From Trichoplax adhaerens (Eukaryota; Animalia; Placozoa), in assembly GCF_000150275.1 (NCBI RefSeq), contig NW_002060966.1:467922-531921 (forward strand): a stretch of DNA of 64,000 bases, written 5' to 3'. Positions within the stretch are counted from its first letter, which is position 1. Every line of letters starts with the position of its first letter. Below are positions 15,751-28,600 of this stretch, piece by piece. The position numbers were made by a program, and so were the translations under genes. The notes under the pieces were generated by a model that saw only the letters and a list, made by a program, of their open reading frames with translations, did no database searches and was not told where the DNA came from.

Positions 15751-16041
15751 ATCATTTAGCTGTCTGACCTTACTTGAAAAAATATTACCTAGGAAATTAG
15801 AACAGTTTGAAAAGAATTAACTCCAACGCTACGCTATGACTGGACGCCGGTTAAGAAATTTGAAAGAGAAAATCCGTTCAACGTAGGCGATCAATGCTTT
15901 GAAATGCTCGATACACGCAGCAAAAATAACAAATCTGCGCTTATAATAGAAATTCTAACGGATAAACTAATTGATTGCGGTCTTCGTTCTGTTGCAGAGA
16001 AGTTATATTCAGCAGTATATAGCGATCCAAACAAAAGCTAA
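15751..16041 (+). pseudogene. Death-domain exon, decayed copy 2
   Basis: EIRTV*KELTPTLRYDWTPVKKFERENPFNVGDQCFEMLDTR...IEILTDKLIDCGLRSVAEKL; several stops and a +1 frameshift in an A-run. Confidence 0.75.
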
Positions 16042-19000
16042 TGTAACTTATTAAGGGTTAATAACTGCGTATAAAAGTAGCTGCTTTGATCAGATTTAGT
16101 ATCGATGAAATAATGTTATTTACTATAAACATGTACATGCACAAAATTTATTGCAATATAGATTATATTATACTGTAGATTGTAGAATAGATCAATTTAA
16201 TAACCGTAACTAATAATAGTGATAAGCATTTGACTTTAAATTGTCTTTATAAGATAGTTAGTGGTAATAGGATTAATTTCCGTAATTAGTGCTTATAAAA
16301 ATGAAGCCTCAAGCTATTCTAGATTGCATTTTGCTTTAAATTGCTGAAATAAAGTGCGGGCCTTTGACTAGAGAACTTATTCAAGTCTCAATTATATTCC
16401 TGATTTTAGGCGATAGCAAGCAAAATTACCTAACTTTTCATCAGATGTGGTATGGTACTACTAATTGTCCACCCGTCTATTGCTATTACTTCATTATTAA
16501 GATTTGAATTAAAAAGCTAAAGAAACGGGAATTAAAAAAACTTATTAACTCAAATTTGCTTATTTAAAATCTTGATTAATCAATAATCAATAATTTAGCT
16601 ACTTTTTCTTAGTATAAATTTCAAGAACTTGTACACGGGTGCAAGATCAGTACATTATTTAAAACGTTGATGATTACTCCTTAAATTAGATTAAGACACT
16701 AAATTACTGCCTAGTAGTACATATGACAGCTGAATTCAAGTAGAAATTTCTTAACTGTTGCTAGAAGAAAGATATCTTAGCAGAGAACATTATAGCATTC
16801 TTCTGTTAGAACTGATTCATTTGCATTTTTATCGGAAGTAGCAAATGATAAGAGCAGATAAAGTAGAATTGTCTTTTTATTTTAAACTATACTAATTTAT
16901 ACAGATTAGGATACCCGATTAGACAATTAATTAAATTTATTAGAATAATTGCGTCATATTCTTCTCTCGTTATATAAGTACTTACTTATTATTCAGCGTT
17001 ATTTACTGCAACACTTTAACATTAGGCTGTACTAAATTAATCTACAGGCTAGCGAAGCAAAATAATCTATTTAAATCGTGACTATAATGATTAATCTGGT
17101 GGCCGAGCCGTTAAGAAGTTGAAATAATAGAATACTAGTAAAATGGCCTAATTTGAAATATTGCAAACTACTACAGAGATAGTCTATCGTGGTAAACTGG
17201 TAGGACTGGCTGGTATTCAGATTAATGAGAAAAAGTTATTCATGCAATACAGTTGAAGCTTCAAGCTCATGGTCAATTTACAATCCAAGAAGTAGGAGAA
17301 AATGTTTTTGTTTTTAATTTTTAACACCTCATGTTATAATCCTTCCATATACTGTAAGTAGTCAAAAGAATCTCTTTCTAGCTAGTACAATTTATTACGC
17401 ACACTGACTTCGAGGAAAAGTTAATTTCTCCATTTGATCCTGAATATTGGAAATTCAAGTGATCTTAACGAGACAAATTCCAATCGATGGACCCAAAGCC
17501 GATAAGTTAAAGTGTCCTATCAAACTTTGTATCGAATATAAATAGGATTTGTAAACAGATGTTGTGATATCCGATAATTATAGCATGAGTGCCAGCAATG
17601 TAATTCAAGATAATATTGTTGAACTATGAACACTAATACTAATACTTTCGGTTGTATTTGTTATTCAATTAAAATGCGGAAATAAAATAACGAATTATTT
17701 TATGAAACAATAGAATTACTTCTACTAAAAAGGTTCCAACGTTGGAAACCCATGGATAAGAGGATGCAGTATCATAAATATATATGTTATGGCCAATATC
17801 AGTAACAATATCTCTCTTAAACTATATAATAGTATCATATACTGATATGAATAATTTAAAGTTATGATGCTCAATTAACTCTTTAGTCCTACATGGCGGC
17901 AATTGTCATTAGAGCGTTCGGTATTTTATTGTCTATTGGATCATCCATATTTTAAGCGGTGCACACGTAGCAGTCGTCATATTACCAACAAACTAGGTAG
18001 CTTTTAATAATCCTGTTGGACAGTTAAATGTGTCCTGCGTAGGTTCGTGATATCAAAGATAAGCGAGAGCAGTCTCAAAATTTTTCACTTAATTCAAGAT
18101 TAATTTGGTGAGTAGATATAATTAGCAGTGTATGTACTTGGATTAATATACGATATGATCAGAAGAAATATAGCAAGATTAGGTTAAATTAAAGCAACGT
18201 TAGAACGAAAACGAAATTTCTGTCTTACGCTAATCAATTTTTGCAGCTGTTAAATCAACGACCTAACAAGAAACCTTTTATTCGTAAAAATTATTATTCT
18301 TGTATAATTCATTAATCACATATTAGGTATTATTAAGTGTTATGGTACAATTGTATTTGTACTTATTCTGAAAACTAAAATACTATAGCATAAGAACTAT
18401 CTTGCAATTAGAGAAACACCCATCCGGCAATTTTCAAGATCGTTAGAGTTTTAAGAACCCGCATACGTCACAATATCGATGTAATTTACTAGAACCGTAG
18501 AATAGTTAAATATATTCCAAAATAAAATACCCAGATTACTTTCTTTCTATTTCAATCTTTACAAATGAGAATGATTATTTACGTACGATGTCAGAAAATT
18601 TTGTTTTGTATAACTTAAAATTTTACGATAGGTAATGGTTATTACAAGTTTTCTTGAGGATGTATAAGCATACAGTGCTTTATTTGCTTATTATACTTAT
18701 TGTCTGATAATTCGAATTTAAAAATGCTATAGCTGGTTATAAAATGATAGGATATTTTCATAAAATAGTATATACTTCAAGGTGTGGTAATGTAATATTT
18801 AGAATCTGTTAAAATTGCTACGCTTGTAATACTTAATATCCTATTTTATTTTGCTATGTAACATTATATACTCTCATTACGGACTACTTCCTGACTAGTT
18901 TACTAGTCTAACGTAAAACAATTACTTTGAGTTGCCTCTACAGATTACTACCCTAATCTATCGAAATATCTAGTAAGAATATAGTACTGCAACTATAACG

Positions 19001-20715
19001 CTTAAAAAGTACCCTTCTAAAAGGCTCACAACCAGTAGATAGACTATACTATAATCTACAAAATATTGACTATTTTTAGCCAAAATAACAATAATCAGGT
19101 TATCGATATTCTACTATCTTTACAGATAAAAAATACTTGATTATCTATACTACGGTAGACCACTTACATTTTATTATGGTATAACAGTAGATACCTTAGT
19201 AATTTAGCGTCATATGTCTTGCCATCAACACTCAAAGTAAGCTATCTTTAAAGCATCTCTGCAAGTTTTCTTAATAGAATATTATTCATAAATAATATTG
19301 CTAACAATTTTTAGGAAATTTCTGAAATGTGTAATAGTGTCCTTATCACGATACCCGTACTACTGTGAGTAGAATAATGCTGCGATGTAGGTTATCATTT
19401 AATATAGAATTGTACAGCATATTCATTTTTGGATAAGAGTAAACGAATTAGTCAGACACCTAATAATATTTATAAGAAAGCTCAAAGGACAGATTATCTT
19501 CATATCATAGTTTACCTCAAGTTACATTCGTACGCTAACAATTTGTAAAATAGCGCACTAAATTATACTAATTTATATCTAAAATAATAAGGCTAATTTA
19601 GTTTATTAGTGTAACATTGCATGTAAATAGATACTCTGTAGCTGCTCGCGAATCTAGTTAGAAGCTATAAATAAGGGGGGGGGGAGGAAATGTTTTAATA
19701 CAAAGTGTTCTAATTTTCATCTTAGTAAAGATTGGCAGTTGTGCTTAGTCGCCGTTGAAAGCAGTCTCTGTGTTATACTTGGGGTTGTAATAACAAAATA
19801 GTTTAAAAATCATCAATATAGAAATTACTTTTGCCCTTTCAGTAGAAAGTAAATGATGCCAATGATGATAAATTTCAACACATTAGATATTTATATTTTA
19901 AAATAATGATAAAATTTAGAATATTAACCCTTACGTGACATTAGGTTAGTTGTCTTTCTGTTATTCTTAACTGACTTTCATTTAAATCTTTACTACTAAC
20001 TAAAATCATTCTTTTAGTGATTTCTAAACAAGTAAGACTTATCATTTATTTCAGATGGAGAATACAGGTATTTAAAAGTTTATTAATTAATTTAAAGGCA
20101 TGCAGATCAATAATTATCACATTTACTTTATAAATAATTTTTGATAATATATTTCAAGAGGTTAGAGTTAACCTATCATTTTAAATCTATGATGCAGCAT
20201 TAGTTGCAACTGTCAAGACATCATGATTACTGCAAGTCGCTAACTGTAACTTATTCCATTGTGTACAGACTACCACATACATCATAAAAAGCAAGGAGAG
20301 CCTAAATTTTTAAAGCAAGGTTTGATTTCAGGCAGAATTACTTAAAAATTTAGCAAAATATTTGTGCTTCTCTCGCTTAATGCATACTGACGTTACGATA
20401 AAGACTAAAATATTGTTTATATAAAGGAATTAAGTAGAAATAAACTGTTATCAGTGTAGTAACGAAATACGTTCTATTGCAACCAGTGTCATTCAAAAAA
20501 CCTGATATGATGTACTGGATTCGTAAATTAGATTCAATTTGAACGCATATTAGGATGTAAAATTTTTAGTAGTCTTGGTTTAACATTTGAATTTTAAGAA
20601 TTTTACCTCTGTCGCGCATTTATAATGTTATTTGCAATCTGCATAATGCAGTACATAATGATGCCAACAGTAAAAGTTGTCGTAGTGTGAACTTCCTATT
20701 CAGATTATTTAAATG

Positions 20716-21000
20716 TATTATTTAGATGCCAGACCTTATTTGAAAAATACTACAGAAGAAATTGGAACAAATTGGAAATAATTAGCTACGAAGCTGGGCT
20801 ATGACTGGACCGCGGTCCAGAAATTTGAAAAAAATAATCCGTTCAGCGTTGACGATCAATGCTTTGCAATGCTCGATAAACGCTACAAAGATGGCAAATC
20901 TCAAGTTACAGTAGAAATTCTAAAGGAAAAACTTGTTGAATGCGGTCTTCGTTCAGTTGCAGAGAAGCTTTATTCAGAAGTAAATAAAACTAGTAACTAG
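20716..21000 (+). pseudogene. Death-domain exon, copy 3 (least decayed)
   Basis: LDARPYLKNTTEEIGTNWK*LATKLGYDWTAVQKFEKNNPFSVDDQCFAMLDKRYKDGKSQVTVEILKEKLVECGLRSVAEKL. It has the death-domain pattern (IGxxWxxLAxxLG ... Q..ML ... TV..L...L...G...VAE.L) with a single in-frame TAA. Confidence 0.8.
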
Positions 21001-23750
21001 AATTTAATTTGTAAACTAGCTCTTATATTTTGCTATGAATTTGGTTTTCGCTTGGTTATGTTGCACCCTGTCTCTTGTTAATTAATAATTTGGGTCTTTA
21101 TTTGACTTTGCTAGTAATAAATATAATTTACCTCGTAGAAAGTTAGAGTGGATTTCAGTGTTATAGCTCTCATAATAAATGAACGTATGCATGAAAATGC
21201 TATCACCATCAGAAACTAGTTTTGATTCCTTCAATTCGATAAAGAAATCAATTTGAATTATTAACATAAATATGAGAATTACAAAATCGTGAAGTATTTA
21301 TAGTATATTGCATGGACTATTGGTATAGTTAAGCCTAAAATAGGCTGCAACTTTGCGTAATACAATTATAGCTGGATGTGGCACATCTGGAGTTAGGGTA
21401 AGGATAGACTTCACCTATTTATCTTTTCGTGTGCAATGTTTAATAATATGTCGTTGATCGGGACTGTAAGCTAAACATTTGACTGTTAGAACAACATTAT
21501 GATTCAAGGTCAGAAAGTGAACTAATAATGCTTTCATTCATCTATCTAGCAAATCTATCTCGTAGCATGCTACTATTATAATTAAAGATGTATTTCTAAT
21601 GTGTTTGCTACTGTACTGAACTAATTCTACTTCTCAATCTTAACCATAAAATACTTTCGCTCTTATATTTGGTAACATTAATTACCAATATTCGAAATGA
21701 TGCATAGACTTCGATAAAATTGATAGCAGAATAAACCGTAATTCAATACGAGAAATGCTTATTACTGTAATTACTTATAGTCTGAATGAAGTATTGGTGC
21801 GAGTTAATGAACTCCCAAACTTTATGTAGCCATAATCTTTCGTAAAAAACGCATGGAGTCTTACAGATGTCAATGAAAGGCGAATTCTAAGTCTTTCTCA
21901 GACATTTTTTTAAATAAAAATTTTTAAACGCCATAGTTTAGATATTACGATACAAGTTATTTGAGTTCTAAAATGTTTCAATTGCTATTTTTACTTAAAG
22001 AGATGTTTAAAAATGACATACTAGAAACGCTGAAGACAACAATAACGACCATTAATATCATAACTACTTATTCCATATAACTATATCTTACATGATAGCC
22101 ACCAAATCCAATTCGATCCACAATAATTATCCTAAGAGATAGATAAACCGCGTAATTGTTCACGATCTAACATTTAAAAAGTTCCTTGCCTTATAATTGG
22201 AAAATCCTGAACATTTTGAATATTACCTCAATAAATAATTGGATACATAAATCCTCTACTAATTAGTTTCAATTACCTTAAATTTAGCCGAGAAATACAT
22301 AACTATTTCGCAATATCACAAGGCATTGCAGATTTTGGTAAAAGGATTATCGGGGTTCGTACTGGCTGCGACTAATTTTAGTAATTTATCGGCTTTGCTA
22401 AGATAAAATATAAAATAGCAACGTAAGCTTAGATAATTAATAAATTTATTCATAATATTTACAATCTATTAAAAGCAACATTTGCTCGCACGTTCATATT
22501 ACTATATTAAGTAAACCCTTTTAGTATTTAACTTCGTTGCTTAACATCAGCTCACATTCTTGCGTTATTAAGCATGCTAAAAGTTAAGCGTAATTATTTC
22601 CAGAAATCACTCTGCAATGGCTATCTTCAGACAGCAAAATAGAGCGAAATAGGTGTCAATAGACTATTAGCAAACTAACCTTTCTGCAATTTATAGAAGG
22701 AATTAATCTACTGACAAAGAAAGAGAGATCTGCTACTAATAAGATATAAATTATACAGTGATATATCTCGATAACGTAGAGAATGGAAACTAAGGATCAC
22801 GTCAGACGAGATTGCATTGGAATATTCACGCTCTGATAAATCAAGTACATCAAGTCTAGAAAAGAGTACTGTGAAATTATATTATCCGTCTAACAGATTT
22901 ACTAAATACTTTAGTAAATGATGATTGGATACTTATCGGTACCAAGTAATTGTTATACTTTATTCACATTGTATCAATTGAAGTATATCTGCATAATTAG
23001 AAATATAACGTACTTTTATTGAAATAGAAGAATAAATCATCTATTGTAGTTACAATTAATTACATTATTATTATTATCATCCATGGACTTCTACCTGTTA
23101 TTAATTAGTGAGCAAAAAGAATAGTTACAGTTTCCAATCGTGATATATAATACCGTTCTCAAAACACGTGATGTGAAAGAATCCAACTGTTGCACTGATA
23201 AGTATATTTACGGCCTAAAGTTGATAGTTTATCTAGTAGAAAAGATTCCGATAATAACAAGTCTAGACCATTGTAATAGACCTACTGCTACTTCGTTAGG
23301 TTGGTAGTTTAACGATCTTCCGGTCGTAGACAAACTTCGATTCTTAAATAGCGTAGAAACGCCTAACTTTAAAGAATAGTTAACAAACCTTAAGTTACTA
23401 GCACATTTGGGCATAGTCTAGAAGCTGTCAGTCCCAGCTCTCAGAACGTGGTATAAGAGTGAATACTATACCGGTACTTTACTGTTTCATTATCAGCTAC
23501 GGCCACTAACATAAAATATTTTGCGCAAACCATTACAACCATAAAATGATCATTGGTCTTCGAAATCATAGAAAAACGAATAATAACGTTACACAATCCA
23601 AGGTAGTCAAGTAAGACGAAGAGTAACAGAGTATACTCGCACTGCTCTTTGAGGCTCTTTTATTGTTAGAATTAGAGATAGAAGAAATGGTGAAGATTTA
23701 AAACATGGAAAGATAATTTCATTGTTTCATTTAGTGAAAAGTCGTTGGAT

Positions 23751-24770
23751 ATGGCAAGTACAAATAAAATTGATAGCCTTACGCCTTGTGATAGCCAATC
23801 TAAGGAGAAAAAATCCATCATGGAGGACCTTAGAAACTTAATTACGACTGGTGGAAATGAACAGCAACAAAACAACTACGAACAGGCTTTAATAACCTAT
23901 AACGAAGCTTTAGATCGAATTAATTTCGTAACGATGGTCGAAGACAAGGACGAGAATGAATATTATCATGGTCTTTATTTAGAAATCTATCGAGAAATGG
24001 TTAAAATTTACAAGAAACTACTTCGTTATGAAGATATCCTGTGGATTTATCAAAAAATGTTAAAAGTGCAAATTGAAGTATCCGGAGAAAAAAGTCAAGA
24101 TGTAGCTAAAATCTATGAAAAGATTGCGTATGGTTATGATAGTCTCAATCAAACCCATAAAGCTATTGCCATGTTTGAGAAACATCTACATATTAAATTA
24201 GAATTATATGGCGAAAATAGCCATGAAGCTGCTGATGCTTATTTTGATGTTGGATTAGAGTATGAGCGCCAATCACATCATTATAAAAGTTTGTCTATGC
24301 TTAAAAAATCATTACGGATTAAAATAAACCTTCTTGGAGGGGAGCACTACGATCTTGCCAGTATCTATAGTATGATTGGCGATATATATACTGATCAAGA
24401 TAAATTTAAGGAAGCAATCGCCATGTACGAAGTCTGTTTAACTCTTGAAGTACGTCAATATGGAGATAACCATCTTTGTATTTCAAATCGTTATAACTCT
24501 ATTGCATGGGCTTATCAATGCCAAGACCGATACAATGATGCATTGGGCTTGTATCAGAAATCATTAAATATAGTTGTTGAATTATTTGACGAAAATGATG
24601 ATCATATCCTCGAAATCCAAGAGCAAATTGCTTTAATCTCTAAAGAACAACATCAGCAAAAAAATTCTAAATTGATACCACAAGATAATCTTCAGAGCAA
24701 TGAAGATGCCGCAACAGTAAATGAAATTATAATCAAGGAAGGTGATCAATCAGTAGGTAATGCTCATTAG
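23751..24770 (+). CDS. Intronless TPR-repeat protein (42-aa kinesin-light-chain/nephrocystin-3-type repeats), ~339 aa
   Basis: ORF with repeated KSL.IK..L.G..H.D.A..Y..IG motifs; first ATG at 23751. Confidence 0.88.
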   Translation: MASTNKIDSLTPCDSQSKEKKSIMEDLRNLITTGGNEQQQNNYEQALITYNEALDRINFVTMVEDKDENEYYHGLYLEIYREMVKIYKKLLRYEDILWIYQKMLKVQIEVSGEKSQDVAKIYEKIAYGYDSLNQTHKAIAMFEKHLHIKLELYGENSHEAADAYFDVGLEYERQSHHYKSLSMLKKSLRIKINLLGGEHYDLASIYSMIGDIYTDQDKFKEAIAMYEVCLTLEVRQYGDNHLCISNRYNSIAWAYQCQDRYNDALGLYQKSLNIVVELFDENDDHILEIQEQIALISKEQHQQKNSKLIPQDNLQSNEDAATVNEIIIKEGDQSVGNAH

Positions 24771-25650
24771 CCAAAAAAAATATTCATTTAGTCTTATCTT
24801 ATCGATTTTATTTATACCAATTCTTAGCCGATTTAGAATTTATAAATATATATTCCTTACTATAGTTACCTGTTCTTGAAATTTCGTTATTGGTTTCGGT
24901 TCTATCTCACTTTAATTGCGGTTATCACGATATCAGAGGCGATTCTTAATGTAAATTTAATCCAATTGAGATTAGGTATATAAATCAGTTCTGATAAAGC
25001 ACCGATGATAATTATGAATTTAACATAACGCTAATTAATCATAGTTACAAAATCTATTCACTAGCTCTATTAATGGCTACGATATTTCTTGAATGAAGCA
25101 CTTGAAATTGTCGTATTACAGTCAAATCAATCATTTTGACTATAAAATCATACACATTAAACAAGAAAAAATTAGCCAATCATAAAATTGCTACATAATG
25201 TTTGGTAAGCTTTAAATTGCAGTATAATCAGCTTGATTTAAATTAGTTTTCGTTTACTACTGTCTCGCTTATGATTGGAGTAATTCCAGCTATCATGCGC
25301 TGTAATCTAATGTGAAGTCAACTTCTTATTCTAAATGGGTAGTTTCTACAGTACAGTAGTTAATACGGTTGAAATTTCACTTGCCAGATAGCGAATGGGG
25401 CGCTGCTCATGCTTACAAAGTTTGAGAAGTTTGATTTTTAAATGAAATTGATATCGTCAAATTTTCTGAATCATCAGCACTAATTAAACTAGTAGAATTT
25501 CAATTCTATCATTTACTTGTATTTCTACAGCCATTAGCTTGTGTATATGATAGTGAAATAAAAATTGACTAAGTGCTAGTAAATAGATACGCGTATTCTG
25601 TATATAAAATTATCGCTGAAATACTAACAACTAAACCAAATTTGATGTAG

Positions 25651-28600
25651 TTTATAATTTGGAAAAAGAAGAAAGTACAAATGATGGTCGTTATGAAAGC
25701 CCAGTGGCTAAAAATGTACCTTTTAATTCTTTTAAAGCTAAAATTAATCCAGCCGAAAAGCAAGCCGGTAAGATATTTCATGTCTCTAGTTTGGATCTAC
25801 CAGTGTTCCAAGGTAATACTGACCGAATTATCAATATAGTTTGCAGTGCCATGATGTAGGTTATTACATTATTATTTTTCCTAGTATTAGAGAAAATTTG
25901 CATAACCTATATTCATATTCCTAATAGGGAAAAATATTCTTACAAGATCGAGTCATTTATTACCTGAAGATGATCATAGTATGAATGACAACCGATTACA
26001 AAAGGCGACTAGCTTACAGGATAACGTACCAAATCCTAATAAGCAACCAAATAAATTAAAGAAAGTTAATATTATCAATTCAAGGATTTATATTGTTGAC
26101 GAGTTACAGGAAAAAATATCGAAAGGAGGCCTGAATCGCTCCGAAGAGAATGAGAGCAACTCTAGCTTACCAACTAGTAAATCGGATTCCGAAATTAGCA
26201 CTAAAATTTTAATACCCGAAAGTAATTATGACACTCCAGGGCAAAATAAGTCTATTAGCGTAATAGATCCCAAGTACGATAATTCAGTATTTGATAGCAT
26301 TGTTAAAACTGAATTCAAAGACTTGGAGAAATCTGAAACTAAGCTGTTTTTACCTGAGAACAGACCCTATCCGCCGATCAGACAGCCTCGCCGTAAGATG
26401 AACAGTCATCCAGCAAGTACTAATTTAACTACTAATACAATAAACCTATCTAGTCACAGCGATGATAGGCATTCAATAGCTGTAAATTTCAGTGAAGTAA
26501 GGAGTCAATCATGCATTGAAGAACTACAAAATGATAGTAATCAGTCTATGAAAAAATCATCAAGCTGTCCAAACACAAGTATGAATAAGAGTCCTACTAG
26601 TCAGAAGAAATCCAAATTTAAACCAGACGATTTTTGGCTTAGTAGAAACCTCGCTACATCGAATGAAGATAGCGTAGCAAAGTCTAGGAATAATACTATG
26701 AATAAGTCTCCAACGGAGAATAAATTTAATAATAGATTAAATCTAGAGCAGCAAAATAATTATCAAAATGTCAACACATACAATCAATCAAATCTTAAAC
26801 CTAGCCAAATTCGTGGAAAGGCCTCACAGCAGAGTGACCCTGAAAGTTCTTCTCATGATAACATTCAGCAATTAAATGGGAAAAACACATTGTCTAATAG
26901 CCAAAGTAATCGATCTCCCAGTAAAACATGGCAAGCTAGCAAGAGTAATCAGATCATCGAAACTACAAGCAAAAATGACTGGAGCCATCCATTACAAAAG
27001 GAAATTACTAATCCATCATCTACTAAGAAGAAAGTCGTTAGTACTCAGTCTAAGCTAGATAACCGATCTTTAATAAGCAACCCATCGAACGAAGAGAAGT
27101 CCGTTTCGATTGAATTACCTGTTCTAGACTACACTAAGTATTCTCAGGAAATCAAATCCAAGCGGAATAATAGCTCTGGACGCCAACATGATAGCAATAC
27201 TTTGATGAAGCACAAATTCCAAGCATCTTCAACAAATAATGACACGTTTGATAAGAATAGACATCAGCAGAAAAATAATGTGAAATTTAGAAAGGGTTCG
27301 ACATCAAGCAGTACTGAATTTCCAGATGAAGGTATTATTTGGCAGAAAAATACGAACAAGATTTCGTCAGAAAAGAAAGCGCAATGTGCTAGTCCTGAAT
27401 CTCCTAATGAAGTTCAATCCAAACATAAAATAAAGCTAACGTCAGGCATTAAATCTAATGAAACAGACTTTAAAGTTCAAGTAGAAAGCAACCAACAGCA
27501 ACAAGATTATAAATCATTCAATTCTGTAAATAGATGTAAATCAAATAGCTCATCATTTCAGAACGATGGCGGACCAATTCCTAAAAGTAATACAGGAATC
27601 TTGTCTACCGACTTAAAGCAAAAAGATAGTGCTAAACCAACCTCAGCGAACCACTCGAAATTAATTAATTCTAGAATAGGAAATGATGGTAAACCTATAA
27701 TTAAAAGTAAACCTAAATTGGGTCCTGGCGCCAATTCAGTAATGCGAAATAAAGGTAGCAGTTTATTTCCTAAAGATTCTTTCAAATCAACTCATACTGA
27801 GCCTAGCCAAAGCAACGAGAGGCCAACTGAAAATAATTCCAAATCTTCAGTGAATAATGATGGTCATGATTCATGGCCCCGAAATACGTACCTATCCAGA
27901 TCAAGGAGTTCTGATGTTGTCCACCTAGATAAATATTCGTCTGATGATATAATCAAGCTTACTTCTAGTTCTCCCCAGCAGAAACTAAATTTTTATATAA
28001 GCGAATCAGAAGCGAACCTTTCCGTGACGGGAGATGTTTGTAAATTGGATGATAAATCGGAGACCTCACCACAGGACGACGTTAATATCGTAATAAATCA
28101 AAGTAAAAATCGCAGAATGCATCATACTATTCAGATTACGAAAAAATACTCAAAGCAAGAACAACTTGATCAAGTGAGTAAGGTAAATTCTGATGTACCT
28201 AAAGGAATTAAAATACAAGATAATTTTTGCGACCCTTCGACTCTGGTATCAACCGTTGCAGCGAATAAAAGTCGCGACCAAAACCGTAAAGAACTTACGC
28301 GTATGCCAGAAAATCAGCTAAGAGAAAGACAAAATATGGGAAACGAAATTCCAGCCCATCAATTCAAGCAAGTGAATTTACAAGAAAATAAGAATGCACA
28401 ACAATCCAAGGCTCAATTTGGCAGCAATCAGGACCATTCTCAGCAAAATCAACTACCAAATCAATTCAATGATAAAGAATCTTTAGGCTGGCAAAATACG
28501 AACCATAACTATACTCCTGAATACCGGTCTGTTGAAATGCAACAGTTTGACATACAGCATGCTCAAAATTCTAAAACGATGTCTCATAAAGCCTCTATTA

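Noticed and set aside
17097-17125. tRNA A-box-like ggtggccgagccgttaag (possible tRNA or vault RNA)
   Set aside because: No downstream B-box (GTTCRA), cloverleaf or terminal stem is visible.
22340-22385. B-box-like ggttcgtact followed by a T-run
   Set aside because: No properly spaced A-box or pairing ends; cannot support a vault RNA or tRNA.
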